The translations under genes and the position numbers were made by a program. Under the pieces are notes generated by a model. That model had not been told where the DNA came from. It ran no database searches and saw only the letters and a list, made by a program, of their open reading frames with translations. From assembly GCA_040904505.1 (NCBI GenBank), contig JBBDTH010000018.1, positions 1 through 56,744 of the forward strand: a stretch of 56,744 nucleotides of DNA. Direction: 5' to 3'. The DNA comes from Rhodospirillales bacterium (GTDB taxonomy: Bacteria; Pseudomonadota; Alphaproteobacteria; Rhodospirillales; CALINB01). Of this stretch, positions 49,202-56,744 are shown in pieces; within the stretch, counting starts at the first letter, position 1, and each line of letters begins with the position of its first letter.

Positions 49202-50218
49202 ATGCCGATCACCGGGGAAAAACCGATCTTCATCGTAAGCGCGCCGCGTTCAGGGTCTACCTTGATGCGGTTGATTTTGGATTCTCACCCTCGAATCGGC
49301 ATTCCTTCGCCGGCATGGCTTTATGAAATGGTGCGGCCTTATCTCTACAGTTATGGCGATTTATCGATTCGGGAAAATCTCTTGGCTTTGGCGGAAGATA
49401 TTCTCGAAGCCCCGTCGATCAAGGAATGGACGTCGAAACTCAGCGCCGAAGAAATGGTGAAGGCGGCCAAAGAAGCGTCGTTTGCCGGCCTGTATGGCGT
49501 TTTACATCGCAAATATGCCGACGATACCGGGAAGGCCCGATGGGGCGAAAAAACGCCGCGGAACTGTTTCTGGATGGAAGAGATCCTGGATGATTACCCG
49601 GACGCGCAATTTGTTCACATCATTCGTGACGGCCGGGATATGGCGATCGATATCGCCGATTCGAGATTGTGGCCGTACTCGCTTTATTCCGGCATGCATA
49701 TGTGGGAGATGTTCGTATCGGCGGCCCGTGAAACCGGCGGCAAACTCGGCAAGGACGTTTATTACGAATTTCAGTACGAAAAACTGTGCGCCGATCCCGA
49801 AGGCGAATTGGCCAAGGTATGCAATTTCCTGGGTGAGGATTTCTCGCCGCAAATGCTCAGTCATCATCAATCGACATCGGCGAAAAGCTGGGGCGGTGGC
49901 GATCCGCTGCATGCGAAAGTCCTCAAGCCGATCACCACGGATTATTGCGAGATGTACAAGACTCGGTTGTCGGATGGCGACCGCGAAGCCCTGGAGGCCG
50001 TGGCCGGCGATCTTTTGAAGGACTTGGGGTATCCCGCGGCCGACCGGCCGACGCCGATTTCCGAACGGCTGGCGCGCCAGATGCTCGAAAGCGACACGCC
50101 GTCCAATCCCAGCTATGTGCCCTACAAGGGGTGGCATGCCAAGCGCCGCCAGGAACGGAAGGAACGGGGCGTGTGGCGTGATCAGGACCGAAAATCCCAG
50201 CTTTGGAGCACGCTTTGA
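49202..50218 (+). CDS. sulfotransferase family protein
   Basis: 5'-PSB loop SAPRSGSTLMRLIL and 3'-PB region HIIRDGRDMAID. GGGGGAG SD. Confidence 0.85.
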   Translation: MPITGEKPIFIVSAPRSGSTLMRLILDSHPRIGIPSPAWLYEMVRPYLYSYGDLSIRENLLALAEDILEAPSIKEWTSKLSAEEMVKAAKEASFAGLYGVLHRKYADDTGKARWGEKTPRNCFWMEEILDDYPDAQFVHIIRDGRDMAIDIADSRLWPYSLYSGMHMWEMFVSAARETGGKLGKDVYYEFQYEKLCADPEGELAKVCNFLGEDFSPQMLSHHQSTSAKSWGGGDPLHAKVLKPITTDYCEMYKTRLSDGDREALEAVAGDLLKDLGYPAADRPTPISERLARQMLESDTPSNPSYVPYKGWHAKRRQERKERGVWRDQDRKSQLWSTL

Positions 50219-50422
50219 ACCGTTAGGCGGCGCCAGTATGGAGGCTGTCCGGAAATTAAAACAGCGCAATATTTGGACTAAATCTTTATATTTAGCCCAA
50301 AATATGGCGTGTATCATGGTTTCTCGGCGGGGAAAAATGCTGTATCTTATTGCGCTAAGGGGTATTTTCATCCGATAGTATGCCGGTCTTCGCGTGAGAC
50401 GCGGCGCTTAAGGGCGGGGGGA

Positions 50423-51751
50423 ATGTTTAAGAGTCATCGGGTGTTCGCGGTTTTTTGCCGAAACGTACCGGCAATCGTGATGTGTGCGCTTCTTTTCGGG
50501 GCGCCTGCAAACGCTCAGCCCTTGTCGGATTTGATCCCCGAGATGTTAAAGAAGGACGATCTCGTCAACGCGGCCCGTGCCGATTTGGCGGCGGCGCGCG
50601 AGCGTACGCGCGTCGCATTGGGCGGCTGGTTTCCCCAACTTAACGTGACGGGGCACTATGGCTACGAGAAGCAGATCCAACCGGGAGCGGATACCCGCGC
50701 GCCGCCCCGGGAGATCGATGCCAGCATAACGCAATTGCTTTGGGATTTCGGCTCGACGAATGCCCAGGTGCGCTCGGCCAGCTTGGTGATGGATCAGGCG
50801 AACGCCAATCTTTCCGCGGCGCTTCAAAACCGTCTGCTGCAGGCCGTGACGGCCTATCTCAACGTAATCCGGACAAACGAAGTTCTGGGTTTTTCCAGAA
50901 AGTCCGAAGAAAACATCAAGAAGCAGACCGAATTGGAAGATGCGCTTGTTCGGCGCGGCGCCGGTTTTTCCACGGACGTGTTGCAGGCAAAAGTTCAATT
51001 GGCGGGAGTGCAGGCACGGCGGGTTCGCGCCGAAGGCGATCTCAGGGTTTCCCGAAATGCATACCGTGAAGTGTTCGAAAAGGCCCCGCCTGATTTCGCG
51101 GCGCTGGTGAAGCCCGCTTTCCCGGTGGACGGTATGCCGGCTCGAATCGATGACGCGATTGGCATTGCGCTGGATAATAATCCGCAGTTGCTCGCCGCGC
51201 ATTATGCCAGCCAGATCGCGAAGGAAGATGTCAATGTGACGCGGGCGTCTCAGTTTTTCCCGCGCTTTCAGGCCGTCGCTCAATCCAAGTTTTCAAAGGA
51301 CGTCGGCGGCGTGCTCGGCAGCGAGCAGGATTTTCTGGGCATGGTGCAGTTTATCTATCCCTTCAATCTTGGCTTCACGGCGGTTAATTCCTTGCGAGCC
51401 TCTAAGGAAGGCGTTACGGCGGCGACCGGCAGATTTATCGATGCAAGAGGAAGGGTCGAGCAGCAGGTCCGGGATGCATGGGATAATCTGCAGACGGCGC
51501 GTGAGAATGCTACGTTATTGAGAAATCAAGCAAACATCGCCGCGGAATTTTTGGAATTGGCTCGTAAGGAGCGCACGCTCGGAAAACGGTCCTTGCTCGA
51601 TGTGCTGAACGGCGAGACCAATTTGGTCAACGCCGAAAGCGACGCCGCCTCGGCGGAGCGCGATGTCGATATCGCCGCATTCACGCTGATGGCCGTCATG
51701 GGCCGGTTGAATGCCGAAACGGTCATGCGTCCGGCCGCGCCGGCTCAGTGA
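50423..51751 (+). CDS. TolC family outer-membrane efflux/secretion protein
   Basis: Signal peptide ending APANAQ. Two-repeat TolC-like sequence (LGGWFPQLNVTGHYGY, NNPQLLAA). Start at ATG 50423. Confidence 0.9.
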   Translation: MFKSHRVFAVFCRNVPAIVMCALLFGAPANAQPLSDLIPEMLKKDDLVNAARADLAAARERTRVALGGWFPQLNVTGHYGYEKQIQPGADTRAPPREIDASITQLLWDFGSTNAQVRSASLVMDQANANLSAALQNRLLQAVTAYLNVIRTNEVLGFSRKSEENIKKQTELEDALVRRGAGFSTDVLQAKVQLAGVQARRVRAEGDLRVSRNAYREVFEKAPPDFAALVKPAFPVDGMPARIDDAIGIALDNNPQLLAAHYASQIAKEDVNVTRASQFFPRFQAVAQSKFSKDVGGVLGSEQDFLGMVQFIYPFNLGFTAVNSLRASKEGVTAATGRFIDARGRVEQQVRDAWDNLQTARENATLLRNQANIAAEFLELARKERTLGKRSLLDVLNGETNLVNAESDAASAERDVDIAAFTLMAVMGRLNAETVMRPAAPAQ

Positions 51752-51836
51752 CGCGACTGTCCGGGTTCTCCGTCATCGATTTATCGAGGCCGCGCTGATC
51801 GGCGGTTTTTAGGTCTTCAGGAAACCGCGAGCCTTT

Positions 51837-52510
51837 ATGTTTTTGCAAATACAAAATCTGGTCGAGGAGGGGCAACTTAAAAAGCTTGATGAGCTTCTTG
51901 GGAAGGCGAAATACGTCGAGGGCAAAAAATCGGCCGGCCCGATGGCGGAACAAGCTAAAAACAATCTCCAGGTCGATCGCGAGCAGACGGATAAAATCGG
52001 CGATATCGACAAGATCATCTTAACGGCCCTTTGGAAGAACCAGACCGTTAAGGCAGCGTGTCTTCCGAGACGAATTTTCAGCCGACCGTCAACCGCCATG
52101 AGCCCGGCATGTCCTACGGCCCCCATACCGATCATCCGATCATGGGGGTCAATCCGCCGATGCGGACGGATATTGCCGTTTCGATATTTCTCAACGATCC
52201 CGAAAGTTACGAGGGTGGGGAACTGCTCGTCAGGACGGAGGTTGGCGAGGTCGCTTTCAAACTACCTCGGGGGCACGCTCTTATTTATCCGGGCGGGAGC
52301 GTTCACTCGGTCCAAAAAGTGACGAGCGGCGTTCGGTTGGCGGCGGTGACATGGCTTCAGAGCGCCGTGCAGGATAGCGCTCGGCGGCGAATTTTGTTGG
52401 ATTTGGATATGGCGCGCGGGCATGTGAACAAAAAAGCGCCCGATTCCGAGGAGGGACGGCTCCTGGTGAAAATTTACGGAAATTTGCTCCGTATGTGGGG
52501 CGATCTCTGA
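51837..52510 (+). pseudogene. PKHD-type Fe(II)/2OG hydroxylase (YbiX/PiuC-like) interrupted by a frameshift near 52079
   Basis: Frame 0 gives the N-terminal half up to ACLPRRIF. The -1 frame continues QPTVNRHEPGMSYGPHTDH ... GGELLV ... VHSVQKVTSGVRLAAVTWLQS. The two frames meet at the AATTTTC run. Confidence 0.75.
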
Positions 52511-52552
52511 TTAGAATTGCCGCGTTCTTAAAACCCTAAAAGCCGATCGTTC

Positions 52553-54280
52553 ATGAAAGAATTATATCAACGCCTATTCAGCCATCCGACAATCGCAACG
52601 GAGATCATTGTCGCCTCCTTATTCGCGAACATTCTGGCATTGGCGTCGTCCCTGTACGTTATCCAGGTTCTGAACCGCTATGTTTCTCACGGCGTGAATT
52701 CAACGCTTGTGACGCTGACGTCGGGCGTTCTGATCGCCGTGGTCATGGAATTCTTCTTTCGGCAAATAAGAATGCGCCTTGCCCAAGGCGTCAGCATGGG
52801 ACCGGATCAAAAGGCGGCGATTAGCGGGTTTCATATCTTAACCCAGGCAAAACCGGCCGCCTTGCAGCGTATCCCGGAAGGCATTCGCAGAGAGATCATC
52901 AATGGCGCCACGGCCATAGAAACCGCCTATTCGCCGTCCAACATCAATGTCGTCGTGGACGTTCCTTTCGCGCTGCTGTTCGTCGGCGTGTTGTTTCTCT
53001 TGAGTCCCCTGATTGCGTGGATCGTGATAATTTTTCTGGTCGGCGTATTTGTCTTCGGTGCCTTTATGGCGGCGTCACTGCGCAGCGATACGGATTCTCT
53101 GATTGAGGCGTCGGGCGGGGCAAGCGCCCTCGTCAGCACGGCCAACCGGGAGATCGAAACCGTCAGGGCGTTTAACGCCGGCGCTTTTTTGCGCCGGGCC
53201 TGGGAAGAACAATTGCAAAAGACGCAACGCCTTCGCCGGCATCTCGCGATGCGCCAGGGATTTATTCAGTCGATGACGCAGTCCGCGACGGCGTTGATGA
53301 GCGTTGCGGTTATCGCGGTCGGTGCCACCCTGGTCGTGGAGGGAAAATTGGATGTCGGCGCCATGATCGGCGCGAATATTCTCGCGGTGCGGGCCCTGCA
53401 ACCCGTATCGCGGTTTTCTCAATTGGGGGAAAGTTTCGCGAAGGCGCGGCGGTCGTTGGCCCTGCTTGCGGAATTTTCGCGCATTCCGTTGGAGCCGTCG
53501 TCCGGTTCCGCGAAGACCGATTACCGCGGCGCCGTGGAATTGCGGGATGTGGCGTTTATATATCCCGGAAGCAACACGCCGTTGTTCGAGTCGTTGTCGT
53601 TAAAGTTGCCGCCCGGAGCAATTTTGGTCGTCAACGGTTTGAACGGCACGGGCAAAACAACGTTGGCGCGCCTGCTGATCGGTTTGCTCGATCCGTCGCG
53701 GGGGCACGTCCTGGCGGATGGTTTGGATCTTCGTCAGGTGACGCCGGAATGGTGGCGTCGTCAGGTTATCTATCTGCCGCAGGAACCGTCCTTTTTGAAT
53801 GCGACGATCGAGCAAAACATTCGAGTCACGAATCCCGACATTGATAATGCCGGCTTGAATCGCGTTATCGATCTCGCCGGATTGCGGCGGTTCCTGGATG
53901 AAAGCGAGAAGGGGTTCGAGACGCCGATCTCCCTGGATGGCCGTCAGCTTTCCCTCGGCATCCGACGCCGCTTGGCGTTGGCGAGAGCCTTGTCCACGGC
54001 CGGGCGTTTGGCGGTTTTGGACGAACCGACGGAAGGACTCGACAAGGAAGGTTGTGCCGCCGTCTATAGCGTCTTGAACGAACTGGCCCGCCGTGGCCAT
54101 ACGATCGTTGTCATTTCACATGACCCCAACATCCTCAAAGGCGCGCATGCGGTCGTCGACCTCACGGAAAAACCCGTGCCGAAAGTGACGATAGTTTCGA
54201 AGGGGTCGGCCGTTTTGGATGTCGGTCATGATGCATCGCCCGGGGAGGCTCCGCCGGTCCCGGGGAAGGCGGCGCAATGA
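52553..54280 (+). CDS. type I secretion system permease/ATPase (ABC, no C39 peptidase domain)
   Basis: 575 aa. N-terminal 6-TM domain, Walker A GLNGTGKTT, signature LSLGIRRRLALARAL and Walker B LAVLDEPTEGLD. Confidence 0.92.
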   Translation: MKELYQRLFSHPTIATEIIVASLFANILALASSLYVIQVLNRYVSHGVNSTLVTLTSGVLIAVVMEFFFRQIRMRLAQGVSMGPDQKAAISGFHILTQAKPAALQRIPEGIRREIINGATAIETAYSPSNINVVVDVPFALLFVGVLFLLSPLIAWIVIIFLVGVFVFGAFMAASLRSDTDSLIEASGGASALVSTANREIETVRAFNAGAFLRRAWEEQLQKTQRLRRHLAMRQGFIQSMTQSATALMSVAVIAVGATLVVEGKLDVGAMIGANILAVRALQPVSRFSQLGESFAKARRSLALLAEFSRIPLEPSSGSAKTDYRGAVELRDVAFIYPGSNTPLFESLSLKLPPGAILVVNGLNGTGKTTLARLLIGLLDPSRGHVLADGLDLRQVTPEWWRRQVIYLPQEPSFLNATIEQNIRVTNPDIDNAGLNRVIDLAGLRRFLDESEKGFETPISLDGRQLSLGIRRRLALARALSTAGRLAVLDEPTEGLDKEGCAAVYSVLNELARRGHTIVVISHDPNILKGAHAVVDLTEKPVPKVTIVSKGSAVLDVGHDASPGEAPPVPGKAAQ

Positions 54281-55593
54281 GCGGTCCTTCGGTTTTTCAT
54301 AATGCCGGGCAGACCGAGTCCGCGTCGGGCGATATCGGCAATACCACGCATGTATTCCTGGCCTTGTGCGTTTTGATGTGTGTCGCCTTCTTTATCTGGG
54401 CCGCCGTCAGCAAGCTGGACATTGTCAGCATGACGACGGGCGAGGTCATTCCGTACAGCCAGGTTAAAAGCATTCAGCATCTTGAGGGCGGTATCGTTCT
54501 TGAAATCGCGGTTCGGGAAGGCGACCGGGTCAAGAAGGATCAGCCTCTGATAACCCTCGAGTCGACGGCAAGCGGCGCCGACGTCGGTGAGTTGCGGGTC
54601 AGATTGAATGCCTTGCGCATGTCGATCCTTCGCCTGGAGGCCGAGGCCGCCGGGTCGGACAAGCCGGTCTTCCCCGAGGACCTGACGAAAGAGCATCCCC
54701 AACTCGTAAGCCAGGCATTGGAACAGTTCAAAAAACGCAAAAGGCAGCGGGATAGCGACATCGTTTTGAGAACGGAAGCCGCCATTCAGCGAGAGCAGGA
54801 TATTCGGGAGATTTCGGCACGTATCAAAAACCAAAGAGATAGCCTGAAACTTTTGAACGAACAAATCGCGATCAGCGAGGATTTGCTCAAGGATGATCTG
54901 ACGAACCGGTACAATCACCTTAATCTTCTTCGGGATGCGAGCCGGCTGCAGGGTAAGATCGAGGAAGACAAGGCGGCCTTGGAACGGGCCAAATCGGCTT
55001 TGAACGAGGCTCAGGCAACGCTGGAGAACATCCGGAGCAATCATGCCGTCGAAACCGGCAAGGAGCTCGAGGAGGCGCGTTTAAATTACAATGAGTTGAC
55101 GCAACGGTTTCAAAAGTTCGAGGATAGCCTGAGCCGGACGGTCCTTCGGTCTCCGGTGAACGGTGTCGTCAAAACGCTTTACGTCACGACGATCGGCGGT
55201 GTGTTGAAGCCCGGCTCGACGGTTATCGATATCGTACCCGCCGGCGATCGTTTGATCATCGAGGCAAAATTGCCGACGCAGGATATCGGCTACGTCCGCC
55301 GCGGACAGACGGCACAGGTGAAGCTGGCGTCGGCGGATGCGCTGCGGTTCGGGAATTTACCCGGGACGGTGGTCAATGTCAGTCCCGATACGCTGGTCAC
55401 GAAGGAGGGGGTACCGTTTTATAAAGTCCGTATAGAGACGGCGAGCGACCATTTTCAGCGCGGCGACCTGCGTTATCAGCTTTTTCCCGGCATGCAGGTC
55501 ATGACCAATATTCAGACCGGACAGCGCACGGTTCTCGAATATCTGCTGGATCCGTTTTTGCGGTCGTTCGACGAAGCCATGCTCGAGCGCTGA
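54277..55593 (+). CDS. HlyD family type I secretion periplasmic adaptor
   Basis: 438 aa. Single N-terminal TM, long coiled-coil, C-terminal barrel (SPVNGVV, RIETA). ATGA overlap with the ABC gene. Confidence 0.92.
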   Translation: MSGPSVFHNAGQTESASGDIGNTTHVFLALCVLMCVAFFIWAAVSKLDIVSMTTGEVIPYSQVKSIQHLEGGIVLEIAVREGDRVKKDQPLITLESTASGADVGELRVRLNALRMSILRLEAEAAGSDKPVFPEDLTKEHPQLVSQALEQFKKRKRQRDSDIVLRTEAAIQREQDIREISARIKNQRDSLKLLNEQIAISEDLLKDDLTNRYNHLNLLRDASRLQGKIEEDKAALERAKSALNEAQATLENIRSNHAVETGKELEEARLNYNELTQRFQKFEDSLSRTVLRSPVNGVVKTLYVTTIGGVLKPGSTVIDIVPAGDRLIIEAKLPTQDIGYVRRGQTAQVKLASADALRFGNLPGTVVNVSPDTLVTKEGVPFYKVRIETASDHFQRGDLRYQLFPGMQVMTNIQTGQRTVLEYLLDPFLRSFDEAMLER

Positions 55594-55596
55594 ACG

Positions 55597-55616
55597 CCGG
55601 CGCGGGCCGGTTTTTT
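55597..55616 (+). terminator. rho-independent terminator after the T1SS operon
   Basis: CCGGC-GCGG-GCCGG followed by TTTTTT. Confidence 0.6.
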
Positions 55617-55695
55617 CCAAGCCTTCGTTGAGGCCGCCGGGCGATACGGTTATGATGGTCGAAGCACATCATCATTCGCGTTCAAGGAGGCTATC

Positions 55696-56487
55696 GTGAT
55701 CGTCGAACAGATTTGGACGGGAAACGCCTGGCGGAATTTCAATTACCTGATCGTATGTTCCGAGACGGGCGAGGCCTTGGCGGTCGATCCGCTGGAGCAC
55801 GAAATGTGCCTTGCCGCCGCCAAGGAGCGCGGCTGGGAAATAACGCAGATTCTCAACACCCATGAGCACGGCGACCACACGGGCGGCAATGCGGCGATGG
55901 TCAAGGCGACCGGCGCCGAACTCCTGGCGCACGCCAACGCCAAAGACAAGATTCCGGGGATCGATCGGGGATTGAGCGCCGGGGATGTCGTCACGGTCGG
56001 CAAAAGCGTCGAGTTGGAGGCCTTGGATACGCCGGGGCATACCATGAGCCACGTGTGTCTGTTCGCGCACGCCGATCAGCCGGCGTTGATCTGCGGGGAT
56101 ACGATGTTCAATGCCGGAGCCGGCCATTGCAAAAGCGGCGGTCATCCGGAATCCCTATACCGGACGTTCGTCGGCCAGTTGGCGCGCCTACCCGACACTA
56201 CGTCGATTTACCCCGGGCACGATTATATCGCGAACAATCTGGCTTTTACGTTGGACCGGGAGCCCGATAACGTTCGGGCCCGGTCTCTGATGCAAGAGGT
56301 CGAGGGGCAGAATACCGATCAGGCCTTCATAACGACGTTGGCCTTGGAAAAAGAGATCAACACGTTCTTTCGCCTGCATAGCCCGACCGTTGTCGCCAAG
56401 TTACGGGAAGCCTTTCCGGATCTGCCCGAGACTCCGGACGAGAAAACGGTGTTTCTCAAGCTTCGCGAACTGCGGAACGATTGGTAG
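55696..56487 (+). CDS. gloB: hydroxyacylglutathione hydrolase-like metallo-beta-lactamase fold protein
   Basis: NTHEHGDHTGGN (HxHxDH), TPGHTMSH and GDTMFNAGAG. AGGAGG SD with GTG start. Confidence 0.85.
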   Translation: MIVEQIWTGNAWRNFNYLIVCSETGEALAVDPLEHEMCLAAAKERGWEITQILNTHEHGDHTGGNAAMVKATGAELLAHANAKDKIPGIDRGLSAGDVVTVGKSVELEALDTPGHTMSHVCLFAHADQPALICGDTMFNAGAGHCKSGGHPESLYRTFVGQLARLPDTTSIYPGHDYIANNLAFTLDREPDNVRARSLMQEVEGQNTDQAFITTLALEKEINTFFRLHSPTVVAKLREAFPDLPETPDEKTVFLKLRELRNDW

Positions 56488-56510
56488 CGCGTCGCTTTGA
56501 GAATGGGTTC

Positions 56511-56744
56511 TTATCGAGGGATATCGAATGAAATATCGATCTGCTGTCCGGTCCCGCCGGTGCCCCGCAGTTGGGCATCCGCAACGGCAAGCGCCGTCAT
56601 GTTGACGATGCCCCGCGCGGTCACGGAAGGAGTCAGGATGTGCGCCGGCCGCGCTATGCCGATCAGGATCGGCCCGATCGCGAGGCCGTCGCCCAGCACG
56701 CGCAGCAGATTGTAGGCATTGTTCGCCGTATCCAGGTTCGGGAA
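56511..56744 (-). CDS. 3' end (partial) of a phosphate acetyltransferase-domain protein (Pta or NADP-malic enzyme MaeB)
   Basis: FPNLDTANNAYNLLRVLGDGLAIGPILIGIARPAHILTPSVTARGIVNMTALAVADAQ is the conserved PTA_PTB C-terminus. The ORF runs off the window edge. Confidence 0.75.
   Translation of the reverse strand, partial: FPNLDTANNAYNLLRVLGDGLAIGPILIGIARPAHILTPSVTARGIVNMTALAVADAQLRGTGGTGQQIDISFDIPR

Noticed and set aside
52062-52085. Programmed -1 ribosomal frameshift in the PiuC-like gene
   Set aside because: The junction A-ATT-TTC is not a canonical X-XXY-YYZ slippery heptamer, and I saw no obvious downstream pseudoknot or hairpin. A 1-nt deletion or sequencing error is simpler.

Overview
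High-GC chromosomal segment that looks alphaproteobacterial, judged from the housekeeping synteny murA-infA-hisGD-UPF0262-maf-rng-yacG-tRNA-Phe (inference only). There are four blocks. (1) 1-4.3 kb is a minus-strand operon of a TGA-interrupted UGSC-like ORF, a secreted FGE-domain protein and an NSS transporter. (2) 4.4-13 kb holds housekeeping genes plus tRNA-Thr and tRNA-Phe. (3) 13-21.8 kb is a selenocysteine locus with selA-selB-typA-tRNA-Sec colinear on the minus strand. Directly beside it are two more genes whose reading frames run through an in-frame TGA inside a UxxC motif: a GrdB-family protein and a glutaredoxin-fold/DinB fusion. (4) 23-47 kb is a dense catabolic island with MmgE/PrpD, PrpF, amidohydrolase, HpcH aldolase, two ThDP enzymes (one matching sulfoacetaldehyde acetyltransferase Xsc), IlvD/Edd dehydratase, an SdhA-like flavoprotein, an IclR regulator, a TctCBA transporter and five paralogous cupin genes. 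After it come NifU-like and CMD genes, a sulfotransferase, a TolC/ABC/HlyD type I secretion cluster that contains a frameshifted PKHD-type hydroxylase, gloB, and the 3' end of a PTA-domain gene. I saw no CRISPR array, rRNA, transposase or integrase. The most notable result is three candidate UxxC selenoproteins, which automated ORF calling would probably split or truncate, clustered around the Sec-decoding genes. All family assignments come from motif recognition by eye; no searches were run.
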